Shown: piece by piece, positions 9,022 through 18,515 of the stretch
Numbering within the stretch: position 1 is the first letter of the stretch
Layout of the letters: every line of letters starts with the position of its first letter
Origin: Candidatus Undivivens industriae
GTDB taxonomy: Bacteria > Omnitrophota > Gorgyraeia > Gygaellales > Profunditerraquicolaceae
Assembly: GCA_012514745.1 (NCBI GenBank)
Contig: JAAYZR010000030.1
Span: forward strand, 5,946 to 69,945
Direction: 5' to 3'
Length of the DNA stretch: 64,000 nt
Program-made: the position numbers and the translations under genes
The notes under the pieces: generated by a model
The model's input: only the letters and a program-made list of their open reading frames with translations
What the model was told of the DNA's origin: nothing
The model's database searches: none

Positions 9022-9981
9022 CTATCCTTCTTTCTTGCTGAAATAAGACACCTTATAAAATAGTTCTTTCAACGGTTTTATTATCTTTTTCTGCAGCCGG
9101 CCTTCTCCGGGTCTGGCGGTACCGCCATCTCCGGAGTTTTCCATATTATAATAATAACCTGCGTAACCGCCTTCTTCGTCATCGCTGCCGCCGGAGTCCT
9201 GTGTATATATCCAGTACTCTTCCGGGTCTTTTCCGCCTCTTTCGACCGTCCCCACCATTAAAGCCGCCTTCTCATCTGTCCCGGCCTGCGTAAAGAACGC
9301 AAGATAATCCTGCCCGGGATATCCGTCATCCGGCATATCCGTCCTGACATTATCCCCGTCACGGCTCTCCCCGACCAGGTCAAGATCAGAATCGCCGGAA
9401 ACCAGGCCGCCTGCTTCCCTAACGGCGTCTTCCCCGGCAATATGCGCATAAAAAAACGCATCCTCGCCTCCCGCTTCCCCTGGCAAGCGTTCTTTTACCG
9501 CAGAACCGCGCAACGCCGTAAGAGAATTGTCCTCTCCTCCTACAAGACCGCTGCGTTCAACCTCGGGCGGGGCAACCGCCGTCTCTCTTTTCTCAGCTGA
9601 ATCAACGGCCGAAGGGATAATCGCAGGGGCCGGCTGTTCAGACGCCGCTCTGTCCGGATTGTTTATTTCAGGAGCCGAATTATCCATAACCGTCCGGTTC
9701 ATCCCGCCCGCCTGATCGAACACGTTCGGGGTTGATTGTATATTAATCTGCGGAGAATAAACGGGTATAGAGGAAGGATTGGTATAAATGCTGGGAGTAG
9801 TTACCGGAGCTTTTCCCTGCCTGACGCTTCTTGAGGAAACCGGCATTATAAACCAACTGCCGCTGGAATCATCATTCCCGGATTTATCTCCCGAGAATGG
9901 ATTAAAGGAATCCGCTCTGCAGCAAGGTTGAAAAACAAGAAAATAAGCGGCAATGGCCAAGCTTACCCTTATTAACTTCAT
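9022..9981 (-). CDS. Hypothetical secreted acidic, low-complexity protein
   Basis: 319-aa ORF with a signal-peptide-like N-terminus (MKLIRVSLAIAAYFLVFQPCCRA) and a D/E/G/S/P-rich body. No family recognised. Confidence 0.65.
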   Translation of the reverse strand: MKLIRVSLAIAAYFLVFQPCCRADSFNPFSGDKSGNDDSSGSWFIMPVSSRSVRQGKAPVTTPSIYTNPSSIPVYSPQINIQSTPNVFDQAGGMNRTVMDNSAPEINNPDRAASEQPAPAIIPSAVDSAEKRETAVAPPEVERSGLVGGEDNSLTALRGSAVKERLPGEAGGEDAFFYAHIAGEDAVREAGGLVSGDSDLDLVGESRDGDNVRTDMPDDGYPGQDYLAFFTQAGTDEKAALMVGTVERGGKDPEEYWIYTQDSGGSDDEEGGYAGYYYNMENSGDGGTARPGEGRLQKKIIKPLKELFYKVSYFSKKEG

Positions 9982-10041
9982 ATATCAATTATAACTCTTC
10001 CTTAACCGCCTTTCGAAGAATAAATCCGGATTTTGCTTTTG

Positions 10042-11721
10042 TTAACAGAAGATGATCTCTTTGACATGGAGGATCACGCTGTCGTCTCCATACCATTCGT
10101 CTATCTGTGGCCGGCAGACAAGGTCGAAAGTATCGCAGGATTCCAGACCGGCAAGAAGACTTCCCATGCCGAAGCCTATCGCCGGAAGAGTGCGCGAACC
10201 GTCCGTGGCCCAAAACTTGAGAGTATCTTTTCTAAGAAGCCTGGGCGAACCTTTTAACGACAGCCCGCGTATAAGAAAAAGCGGTTCCGGATTCCCCGCG
10301 CCGAAAGGCTCCATGGCGCGCAAGCCGGCGCATAGTTCGGCAGTGGCTGCCGATAAAGGCAGTTGCATATCGACGTCTATTGTCGGCATAAGGTCTTCTA
10401 TGCTGAGAGAAGCGCGGGCGAAATCGTTTATCTTCCTGCGGAAATCCAGGATGTTATCCCGGGAGATTACCAGGCCCGCGGCGTGGCTGTGCCCTCCGAA
10501 ATCATCCAGGAAATCCCCGCACTCGCATAAGGCGTTAAAAAGATGAAAACTGCGTATAGACCTGCCGGAACCTTTGCAGAATTTATCCCCCATGGAGATA
10601 AGAATAGTAGGGCGGTTGAAACGATCCGTAAGTTTAGCCGCCACGATACCGAGCACTCCGTGGTGCCAGCCTTCTTTCGCCACTACTATGACGTTTTGCT
10701 CTTTGAAATTTACTTCGGAATCTATCAACGCCTGGGCTTCCTCCATGATGCAGCTCTCCACGCGCTGACGGTTGCGGTTGAAAGACTCTATTTCCCTGGC
10801 CAGGGAATCCGCCTGGATCTCATCTTCGCAGGAAAGAAGGTCGAGCGAAATATCGGCGCTGGCCATCCTGCCGCTGGCGTTGATCCTCGGGCCGAGAATG
10901 AACCCGACCGAATGAGAAGTGAGCTGCTTGCCCGAAAGGCCGCTGACCCTCATCAAAGCCTTCAAGCCAGACCTGCCGGTGGAACTCAGACGCTTCAACC
11001 CGTGCCTGACCAATATTCTGTTCTCGCCGTTCAGCGGCACGACGTCGGCGATCGTTCCCAGACAGACCAGGTCGAGATCCTTTTCAAGCCTATCGCGCGC
11101 CAGCGCCTGGCATAACTTGTAAGCCACGCCCACGCCGGCCAGTTCCCGAAAAGGATACCTGCATCCCTTGACCTTCGGATTTAGCAGGGCCGACGCGCAA
11201 GAAACCTGTTCCTCGCCCGGCTCGTGGTGGTCGGTAACGATAACCTCAATACCGTTCTTTCTCAGCTCGGCGACTTCACCGCAGCTGTTGATGCCGCAGT
11301 CGGCGGTGATGAACAACCCCGCCCTCTTCTCCACCGCCTCTTTCACGGCATTGGCATTGAGCCCGTAACCCTCCTTGATACGATGCGGCAGAGAAGAATA
11401 GACCTCCATACCCATAGCGCGCAGTCTTTCTTTCAAAAGGCTGACGGCGGTGACGCCGTCCACGTCGTAATCGCCGAAAATCATGACTTTGCGCTTTTCG
11501 GAGGCGGCGCGCCTGACCAGTTCAACAGCCTTTCCCATCTCCGGCATAAGAAACGGGTCGCAAAGTTTATCCAGCCCGGCGTCGAGGAACACCTCGGCAT
11601 CCGCCGGAGCGGTGACGCCCCTGTTTATCAACAATCTTGCTATTATCTCATTGATCGGCAGTTCTTTTAGGAGGGTCAACAGCAGTTTTTCGTCCTGTTT
11701 GAGGACGTTGAGTATCCGCAT
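10042..11721 (-). CDS. recJ: Single-stranded-DNA-specific exonuclease RecJ
   Basis: GDYDVDG, TDHH, GTIADVVPL, PRINASGR, GSGRS, GGHSHAAG and EPFGAGNPEP. ATG at 11721 lies just after the argS stop. Confidence 0.96.
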   Translation of the reverse strand: MRILNVLKQDEKLLLTLLKELPINEIIARLLINRGVTAPADAEVFLDAGLDKLCDPFLMPEMGKAVELVRRAASEKRKVMIFGDYDVDGVTAVSLLKERLRAMGMEVYSSLPHRIKEGYGLNANAVKEAVEKRAGLFITADCGINSCGEVAELRKNGIEVIVTDHHEPGEEQVSCASALLNPKVKGCRYPFRELAGVGVAYKLCQALARDRLEKDLDLVCLGTIADVVPLNGENRILVRHGLKRLSSTGRSGLKALMRVSGLSGKQLTSHSVGFILGPRINASGRMASADISLDLLSCEDEIQADSLAREIESFNRNRQRVESCIMEEAQALIDSEVNFKEQNVIVVAKEGWHHGVLGIVAAKLTDRFNRPTILISMGDKFCKGSGRSIRSFHLFNALCECGDFLDDFGGHSHAAGLVISRDNILDFRRKINDFARASLSIEDLMPTIDVDMQLPLSAATAELCAGLRAMEPFGAGNPEPLFLIRGLSLKGSPRLLRKDTLKFWATDGSRTLPAIGFGMGSLLAGLESCDTFDLVCRPQIDEWYGDDSVILHVKEIIFC

Positions 11722-11722
11722 G

Positions 11723-13357
11723 CTACATCTTCTCCGGACGGCTGATGCCCAGCAGTTCCAGGCCGAGGGCGAGAACAATACCGGCCGCTCTCAACAAGGC
11801 GACCCTCGCGGAAAGCAACCCGCTTTCCTGCCCGAGCACGCGGTGCCTGTCGTAAAAACGATGAAAGGCCTCTGCCGTCTCCTGGAGGTAAACCGTCAAA
11901 AGATAAGGGTCGCGGCCAAGAACGCATATCTCCAGCACATAATCCAACTGACAGAGTTTCTTGACCAGATCCAGCTCCTCTTTTTCCCGCAGCAGATCAA
12001 GATACCCCGGTTCGACTGCGCCGGCCTGTTTGAGGATACCGCAGATACGCGCGTAGGCGTATTGGATATAATAAACCGGGTTCTCGGAAGTCTGTTTCTT
12101 CGCGATCTCCAGGTCGAAGTCAAGATGGCTGGAGGTCCTGCGCATCACGAAAAAGAAACGCGCGGCGTCCGAGCCGACCTCGTTCAGCACCTCCCTGAGG
12201 GTGATATACTGCCCTTTGCGCGTGGACATCTGCACCGGCTGTCCGCCGCGAAAGATGGTAGCCAGCTGGACGATCACCACGCACAGCGTCTCCGGGTCAT
12301 GCCCGGAAGCGGCGACAGACGCCTTGAGGCGGCTGATATAGCCATGATGATCCGGCCCCCAGAGGTTAACCAGCAATCCGTAGCCTCTTTTGTATTTATC
12401 CTGGTGGTAAGCGATGTCCGGAGCCAGGTAAGTATACGCTCCGTCGCTCTTGACTACCACCCGGTCTTTATCGTCGCCGAAAGCGGTGGACTTGAACCAC
12501 ACCGCCCCGCCCTCGTCGTATATGTAACCTCGGGCACGCAGGTCGGCCAGTGCCTCTTTTATCCGGACTTCGTTACAGTTATCCTTTTGGCTGTACCAGC
12601 GGTCAAACTTCACCCCGAAGTCATCCAGTTCCCTGCGGATTATCTCCAGTATATAATCCGCGCCGAACCTGCCGTAATCTTCGACATTAAGCCGCTTCTC
12701 CATTATCTCGCGCGCGATATCGCGGATATAGTCGCCCTGGTAATGATCCTCGGGGAAATCTATCTTTTCGCCTTTTAGTTCCCTCAAACGCAGTTCTATG
12801 GACCTGCCCAGAATATTTATCTGGTTGCCTTCATCGTTCAAATAATATTCCCTGTCGGCTTGGTAACCGGATATGCGCATGATGTTGGCAAGGGCGTCTC
12901 CGACGGCCGCCTGGCGGGCGTGGGCCACGGAAAGAGAACCGGTAGGATTGGCGCTGACGAATTCTATCAGCACTTTTTTGCCGGCCCCGCCCCGAGAACG
13001 GAAAGCCTCCGCGCCTTGATCCAGGACAGTCTGCAGCCTGCGCCGGAAATATTCACCGCTGAAGTAGAAATTTATAAACCCGGCTCCTTCCGCGCGCACG
13101 TCGTCAATCATTCCTGCGGCCGCAGAAACCGCTATGCGCCGTTTCAAACCCTCCGCCAGAGCGCCTGCTATCTGCATCGGCGGCTTGCGCAGCTTTTTAC
13201 ACAGCTGCATAGCGGTGTTAACGGCCAAGTCGCCGAAACGCCCGTCCCTGGGCAGTTCGAAGATTATCGCTCCCGCGTTCAACCCGGGCTCGAGCGAAAC
13301 AATCTCTTCCTTCAGGAGTTCTTCAAGTACTTTTTTTATATCAATGTTTTTGTTCAT
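11723..13357 (-). CDS. argS: Arginine--tRNA ligase
   Basis: EFVSANPTGSLSVAHAR (HIGH region), REYYLND, WGPDHHGY, MSTRKG and NPVYYIQYAYAR. Confidence 0.97.
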   Translation of the reverse strand: MNKNIDIKKVLEELLKEEIVSLEPGLNAGAIIFELPRDGRFGDLAVNTAMQLCKKLRKPPMQIAGALAEGLKRRIAVSAAAGMIDDVRAEGAGFINFYFSGEYFRRRLQTVLDQGAEAFRSRGGAGKKVLIEFVSANPTGSLSVAHARQAAVGDALANIMRISGYQADREYYLNDEGNQINILGRSIELRLRELKGEKIDFPEDHYQGDYIRDIAREIMEKRLNVEDYGRFGADYILEIIRRELDDFGVKFDRWYSQKDNCNEVRIKEALADLRARGYIYDEGGAVWFKSTAFGDDKDRVVVKSDGAYTYLAPDIAYHQDKYKRGYGLLVNLWGPDHHGYISRLKASVAASGHDPETLCVVIVQLATIFRGGQPVQMSTRKGQYITLREVLNEVGSDAARFFFVMRRTSSHLDFDLEIAKKQTSENPVYYIQYAYARICGILKQAGAVEPGYLDLLREKEELDLVKKLCQLDYVLEICVLGRDPYLLTVYLQETAEAFHRFYDRHRVLGQESGLLSARVALLRAAGIVLALGLELLGISRPEKM

Positions 13358-13442
13358 CTATTAATCACATTGTATCGCGTATAAAACCGTGAACAGGCTG
13401 TATAACGCAGTGAGCCGTATCTTGGGGTGATGTTCAAATAAG

Positions 13443-13473
13443 CCGGCCAGCGGTACGAACACCCGCTGGCCGG
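13443..13473. terminator. Strong hairpin between rsfS and argS (terminator or processing site)
   Basis: CCGGCCAGCGG / CCGCTGGCCGG 11-bp perfect stem with a 9-nt loop, followed on the minus strand by CTTATTT. Confidence 0.55.
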
Positions 13474-13515
13474 TAATTGTGAAGAATATCGGCGGACTCT
13501 GTAGCCCGAACGTGA

Positions 13516-13884
13516 TCAGGCCGCGGCTGCTCTTCTCGCCGCCGACGCCCTTACTCTCTTGGCGTCCGCCCAAAGGCGTTCCAGGGCGTAAAACTCCCTG
13601 ACCGGCTTGTCGAAAACGTGCGCAACCACGCCGGAATAATCCAACACTATCCACCCGGATTCATCCTGCGAAGGAATATCGGAAAGAGGTTTGATCTTTT
13701 CTTTCCGCAATTCTTCTCTCACGGCTTCCGCGATAGCCCTTACGTGGGTATTGGAGGTGCCGTTCATTATCACGAAGTAATCGCAGAACCCGCAGACGGC
13801 GCGCATATCCAGGATCATCGGACGCTGCGCCTTCTTATCCCTGGCGATGCCGACTATTCTTAGAGATAGAGCCCTGTTGTCGAT
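13516..13884 (-). CDS. rsfS: Ribosome silencing factor RsfS (Iojap), probable AUC start
   Basis: DKKA...ILDMR, DYFVI, WIVLDY..VVAHVF and REFYALERLWAD. The conserved N-terminal helix extends 22 codons upstream of the first ATG (13818) to ATC at 13884. Confidence 0.92.
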   Translation of the reverse strand: MDNRALSLRIVGIARDKKAQRPMILDMRAVCGFCDYFVIMNGTSNTHVRAIAEAVREELRKEKIKPLSDIPSQDESGWIVLDYSGVVAHVFDKPVREFYALERLWADAKRVRASAARRAAAA

Positions 13885-13908
13885 GTCGAAACCCGCCTCC
13901 CCGGGGAG

Positions 13909-14058
13909 TTATTTTTTTCCCAGTATTTTATACATACCGGTACCGCAGTCCGGGCATTTGCCTTTGACGGCAGAACGGCCGTTCTTCATGGTGACTTTCT
14001 GCTCATCCTTCATATCCTTGCTGGCCTTACATTTCACACAGTATCCCTTTTCTGCCAT
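13909..14058 (-). CDS. 49-aa Zn-ribbon protein, DUF5679-like (absent from the ORF track)
   Basis: MAEKGYCVKCKASKDMKDEQKVTMKNGRSAVKGKCPDCGTGMYKILGKK with two CxxC pairs; AGGAGG RBS at 14065-14070. Confidence 0.88.
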   Translation of the reverse strand: MAEKGYCVKCKASKDMKDEQKVTMKNGRSAVKGKCPDCGTGMYKILGKK

Positions 14059-14100
14059 TGCCGTCCTCCTTGTTGGGCGTAGTAAAGTCTAACGCACCCC

Positions 14101-14128
14101 ATTATACACCCGCCCGCTGACAGGTCAA
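14101..14128 (-). promoter_or_regulatory. Sigma70 promoter for the Zn-ribbon gene and rsfS
   Basis: Minus strand TTGACC (14128-14123), 16-nt spacer, TATAAT (14106-14101). Confidence 0.6.
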
Positions 14129-15156
14129 CTTCTTTTCTGCCGCTGGGGGTGTTTTACCGGTTCTTCCTCTATTTCTCCCACGATCTCTTCCAACAAATCT
14201 TCCAGAGTGACCAGGCCCAGCGCCAGGCCTTTCGCGTCTGTGACGATGGCGATCTGTATCCTGTCCGACTGGAACTTCCTGAGCAGTTCGCTGACCCTCA
14301 TCCCCGGAGGCACGCAATAAGGCTTATGTATCAGGTCCTGGACCACCACCAACGGCCTGTCGCGCAGTATATAAAGCAGATCGTGCGCGTAAATGATACC
14401 GATGACGTTATTCCTGCCGCCATGATACACCGGAAGCCGCTGGTGTCCCTGTTCTACGAAAATTGCCAGGAGTTCCTCCTGCCCGGCGTCCGAGCTGACC
14501 GCGACAATCTTCTCGTTTGGCACCATCACTTCTTCCAAGCGGGTATCCCCGAATTCAAAAATGCGGTGCAGCATCTTCCTCTCTTCGTCGGTAAGCACCC
14601 CCTCTTCCTTGCCCACCTCTATCATCAGGCGCAGTTCCTCTTCGGTTATCAGGGGGGAACGCCTGGCCGGCGGGACACGCATAAGCTTGAGGACCATTGC
14701 GCTGACGTTGCCGAAGAAGATTATTACCGGATTGAATAGGCGGATGTAAGCGCCCATCAGGGGCGCGGACAACATGGCGATTTTTTCCGTGTGCTTGATC
14801 GCCAGGGTCTTGGGAACTATCTCGCAGAAGATAAGCACGAAGAAGGTGGCCGAAAGCGTCGAAACCAGCACGCCGTACTGGTCCCCCAGGACCTTGACGG
14901 TCGAGGCGGTGAGGATGGCGGATATGGAGATGTTCACGAAATTGTTGCCGAGCAGAATGGCGACAATGAACTTGTCCAGCTTGACCACCAGGTCCTGGAT
15001 ATGCTGCGCCTTGCGCGGCTCCTTGGAAAGCAGGTGGCGTAGACGTATCTTGCTCAGGCCGATTATGGAGGTCTCCGAAGCGCTGAAGAGAGCGGAAAGA
15101 GAAAAAAGAAGGAACAATACCAGCAACGTGACGAAAAGATACAGGAAACCCGTCAT
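14125..15156 (-). CDS. Hemolysin-family CNNM (DUF21) + CBS domain membrane protein
   Basis: FSASETS, ILLGNNFVNI, CEIVPKTLA, ITEEELR, a CBS pair and GLVTLEDLLEEIVGEI. Start placed at ATG 15156. Confidence 0.92.
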   Translation of the reverse strand: MTGFLYLFVTLLVLFLLFSLSALFSASETSIIGLSKIRLRHLLSKEPRKAQHIQDLVVKLDKFIVAILLGNNFVNISISAILTASTVKVLGDQYGVLVSTLSATFFVLIFCEIVPKTLAIKHTEKIAMLSAPLMGAYIRLFNPVIIFFGNVSAMVLKLMRVPPARRSPLITEEELRLMIEVGKEEGVLTDEERKMLHRIFEFGDTRLEEVMVPNEKIVAVSSDAGQEELLAIFVEQGHQRLPVYHGGRNNVIGIIYAHDLLYILRDRPLVVVQDLIHKPYCVPPGMRVSELLRKFQSDRIQIAIVTDAKGLALGLVTLEDLLEEIVGEIEEEPVKHPQRQKRS

Positions 15157-15161
15157 ACCTT

Positions 15162-16442
15162 TTATTCCAATCCCGGCCAGAGCCGCGAAAAGCCGCGTTC
15201 GTCGCCTACCGCCGCCCCGATGGCGGCAAAACGCAGTTTGTTTTTGGTAAAAACCTCCCCGGCCGCGTCCTTTATCTCCTCCGCAGAGACTTTGCATATA
15301 CCGGCGGCGATTTCTTCGTAAGTACGTATGCCTCCGCCCAGCGCTACCGCCTCTCCGGTAAAAAGCATCTGTTCCATTGAATCCTCAAGGGACAGCATCA
15401 ACTGCCCGAGAAAATAATCCTTTGCCCGCTTCAACTCCCTTTTTTCCACAGTCTTGCGCCTTATCCTGCGCAATTCGGCGATCACGACCTCCATCGCCTG
15501 GGCGGCCTTGCCGTTGTCTATGCCGGCATGCACGACAAACGCTCCGGTATCGTGGAATCTCTTGACCTGCGTGCCGATCTCGTAAGCCAGTCCCCTCTTT
15601 TCGCGCACCTCGTGAAAAAGGCGGCTGGACATATTGGCGCCCAGGATTATATGCAGCAGCACCGAGGCATATTTAAACTTGTGTTCGCGCGGGAACGCGC
15701 GGAAGCCCATGGCGATATGCGTCTGTTCCGTATCCTTGCGAAGAAGTTTCACTCGCGGGCCCGCGCCAACCGCGTCCTCTACCGGCAGATACGCCGCCCG
15801 CTCTTTGCCGTTCTTGCCGGCGGAAGCGAAAGCGGCACCGCACATCCGGCAGAACCCGGAATGCTCCAGAGAGCCGGCGGCGCTCACCACGATTCCGGCC
15901 GGGACGTAATGGCCGCGGAGGTAACTGCGCAGTTCTTCTCTGGTCAACGCCGCCAGGGAATCTTCGAAACCTATGATCCCCATACCCAGCGGGTGCCCGG
16001 GCCAGAGCAATTGGTCGAGCAATTCATGCACATAGCTCTGCGGCAGGTCCTTATACATCTTGAGCTCTTCCAGGATTACCGCCTTCTCCCTGGCGAAATC
16101 CGCCCGTGGCAGAGAAGGACGCAGCACCATGTCGGAAAGAATGTCGAGCCCCATTCTCATTTTCGCCGCCGGGACTTTTACCAGATAACATGTCGCTTCT
16201 TCGGAAGTGAATCCGTTCAGGCTTCCCCCCGCCCCCTCCACCGATTCTTTTATCTGCCGGCAGGAATACTTGGAGCTGCCCTTGAAAAGCATGTGCTCCA
16301 GGACATGGCTGATGCCTTTATTCGTCCGGGTCTCGTACCTGCCGCCGGACTTTATCCATATGCCCAGAGAAACGGAACGCCGTAAGGGCATGGAACAGGT
16401 GACGACCGTCAGCCCGGTTTTCATCACCGTTTTTTTATACAC
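15162..16442 (-). CDS. M16 (pitrilysin-family) Zn peptidase
   Basis: HVLEHMLFKG (HxxEH), NGFTSEE and SSRLFHEVREKRGLAY. Confidence 0.95.
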   Translation of the reverse strand: MYKKTVMKTGLTVVTCSMPLRRSVSLGIWIKSGGRYETRTNKGISHVLEHMLFKGSSKYSCRQIKESVEGAGGSLNGFTSEEATCYLVKVPAAKMRMGLDILSDMVLRPSLPRADFAREKAVILEELKMYKDLPQSYVHELLDQLLWPGHPLGMGIIGFEDSLAALTREELRSYLRGHYVPAGIVVSAAGSLEHSGFCRMCGAAFASAGKNGKERAAYLPVEDAVGAGPRVKLLRKDTEQTHIAMGFRAFPREHKFKYASVLLHIILGANMSSRLFHEVREKRGLAYEIGTQVKRFHDTGAFVVHAGIDNGKAAQAMEVVIAELRRIRRKTVEKRELKRAKDYFLGQLMLSLEDSMEQMLFTGEAVALGGGIRTYEEIAAGICKVSAEEIKDAAGEVFTKNKLRFAAIGAAVGDERGFSRLWPGLE

Positions 16443-17253
16443 GGTGGGCCTCCCTGCTTAAGCGGGAAACAAATATCTCCAGCCCGCGCGCGGCGCCGCC
16501 TTTTTTTCCGGCCACCCCCGCGCGGATACAATCGACGATAGCGCTGCCCACGATGGCCCCGTCGGCCGCGCGGCAGACGCCCCGCACCTGCTCAGGAGTC
16601 GAGATGCCGAAACCCATGCATACCGGCTTGCGGGTAAACCCGCGCAGCAGGCGCACCTGTCTGCCCGCCTCCTTCGGCAGGGATGAACGGACTCCGGTAA
16701 CGCCGGTAACGGAAAGATAATAGATGAACCCGCCGGAAAGCCGCGCTATCCTGCGCATGCGTTCTTTAGTGGTGGTGGGGGAGACGAAAAAGATGGTGTG
16801 CACTCCGCGGAGCGAACACTCTTTTCTTAAATTCACGGCTTCCTCCGGAGGAAGATCCGGCACGATGACGCCGTCGACTCCGGCGTCGGCCGCATCCCGG
16901 GCGAACTTTTTTTCGCCGTAACTGAAAACCGGATTGTAATACGTCATCAGGCAAAGCGGTATGGCTGTGCGCCTGCGCAATTGCTTTACCAGCGCTATGA
17001 TCTTGCGCAGCGTAACGCCTTTAAGCAGCGCCTGCCGGGATGATTCCTGGATCACCGGCCCGTCGGCCAGGGGATCAGAAAAAGGCACTCCCAGTTCCAC
17101 TATATCGGCGCCCGCCTTTTCCAGAGAGAGCACCAGCTTTCCCGTCTCAGAGAGAGAAGGATAACCGGCGGTAAGAAACGCTATGAAAGCTTTCTTCTTG
17201 TCTCTCCCAAGAGACTCGAACTTCGCGTCTATCCTGTTCGGGTGAGTACTCAT
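16435..17253 (-). CDS. trpA: Tryptophan synthase alpha chain
   Basis: [35 protein letters not shown] and DGAIVGSA. Confidence 0.97.
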   Translation of the reverse strand: MSTHPNRIDAKFESLGRDKKKAFIAFLTAGYPSLSETGKLVLSLEKAGADIVELGVPFSDPLADGPVIQESSRQALLKGVTLRKIIALVKQLRRRTAIPLCLMTYYNPVFSYGEKKFARDAADAGVDGVIVPDLPPEEAVNLRKECSLRGVHTIFFVSPTTTKERMRRIARLSGGFIYYLSVTGVTGVRSSLPKEAGRQVRLLRGFTRKPVCMGFGISTPEQVRGVCRAADGAIVGSAIVDCIRAGVAGKKGGAARGLEIFVSRLSREAHRV

Positions 17254-18434
17254 AGATCAAACCTCGGCGTCACTATCCCCAGGTCCTTATCGCCCCTGCC
17301 GGAAAGACAGAGCACGGTAAGGGAATTCTTTCTCAGCCGCCTGCGCATCTTTAGCAGATAGGCTACGGCATGGGAAGACTCCAGGGCGGGTATTATACCT
17401 TCGGTGCGGGAAAGCAGCTTGAACCCTTCCAACGCCTCTGCGTCGGTGACGGAAACATATTCCGCCCTGCCGCTCCGTTTGTAAAAGGCGTGTTCCGGAC
17501 CGACTCCCGGATAGTCCAGTCCGGCGGCTATGGAATGGGCGTTAAGCACCTGGCCGTCGGCATCCTGCATAAGAGCCGACTTGCACCCGTGCAGAACGCC
17601 GGTCTTTCCTTTGTTCAGGCTCGCGGCGTGTTTATCTCCGGAGAGCCCTTCGCCGGCGGCCTCCACCCCGACAAAGCCGACTTTCCTATCGGAGTAAAAA
17701 GGATGGAACAAACCGATGGCGTTGCTGCCGCCTCCCACGCAGGCCAAAAGAAAGTCCGGAAGCCTGCCTTCTTTCTTCAATATCTGGCTTTTTGCCTCGC
17801 GCCCGATAACGGACTGAAAATCCCTGACCAGGAGAGGATACGGATGCGGGCCGGCGACTGTTCCGACCACGTAATAAGTGTTCCTGACGTTGGTGACCCA
17901 GTCGCGCATCGCCTCGGTCATGGCGTCTTTCAAAGTCATGGAGCCTTGAGTGACCGGTACCACCTCGGCGCCCAACAGTTTCATGCGGAAAACATTGGGC
18001 TTCTGGCGTTCCACATCCTCTTTCCCCATATAGACCGCGCATTTCAGCCCGAACCGCGCCGCGACCGTGGCGGTGGCCACGCCGTGCTGGCCGGCTCCGG
18101 TCTCGGCTATCAATCTGGGCTTCTTCATGCGCAGAGCGAGCAAAGCCTGGCCGACGGTATTATTGATCTTATGCGCCCCGGTATGCAATAGGTCTTCCCT
18201 TTTCAGGTAAACCCTGCCTATGCCGAGATAACTGCTTAGGCGGGAAGCGAGATAAAGCGGGGTCGGTCTGCCCGTGTATTCTTTGAGATAATAATCCATC
18301 TGCTTGCGGAAACCGGGATCGCGGCCGGCGCGCAGATATTCGTCTTCCAGTTCGCGCAGGGCGCAAACCAGCGTCTCGGGCACGAAGCTCCCCCCGAAAT
18401 CCCCGAAATGTCCCGTTTTGTCAGGTATTTTCAT
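17250..18434 (-). CDS. trpB: Tryptophan synthase beta chain
   Basis: [35 protein letters not shown] and [11 protein letters not shown] 18434 follows AAGGA. Confidence 0.97.
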   Translation of the reverse strand: MKIPDKTGHFGDFGGSFVPETLVCALRELEDEYLRAGRDPGFRKQMDYYLKEYTGRPTPLYLASRLSSYLGIGRVYLKREDLLHTGAHKINNTVGQALLALRMKKPRLIAETGAGQHGVATATVAARFGLKCAVYMGKEDVERQKPNVFRMKLLGAEVVPVTQGSMTLKDAMTEAMRDWVTNVRNTYYVVGTVAGPHPYPLLVRDFQSVIGREAKSQILKKEGRLPDFLLACVGGGSNAIGLFHPFYSDRKVGFVGVEAAGEGLSGDKHAASLNKGKTGVLHGCKSALMQDADGQVLNAHSIAAGLDYPGVGPEHAFYKRSGRAEYVSVTDAEALEGFKLLSRTEGIIPALESSHAVAYLLKMRRRLRKNSLTVLCLSGRGDKDLGIVTPRFDL

Positions 18435-18485
18435 ATCATCCTTTTGGTCCGGCATACGCCTTCGTCCGGTTAACACATCTTGTTT

Positions 18486-18514
18486 AATCTATCACAAACG
18501 TAAAATCCGGTAAA
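18486..18514 (-). promoter_or_regulatory. Possible internal promoter for trpBA
   Basis: Minus strand TTTACC, 17-nt spacer ending in TGA, then TAGATT (extended -10-like), in the AT-rich trpF-trpB gap. Confidence 0.35.
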
Positions 18515-18515
18515 G

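Noticed and set aside
13361-13515. Possible T-box leader upstream of argS
   Set aside because: No GGUGGNACC T-box sequence or stem I motifs; only a simple hairpin. The overlapping 97-aa ORF (13361-13654) is out of frame with rsfS and looks spurious.
13516-14058. Stop-codon read-through fusing the Zn-ribbon protein to RsfS
   Set aside because: The intervening stop is TAA, not a recoding-prone codon, and rsfS has its own SD.
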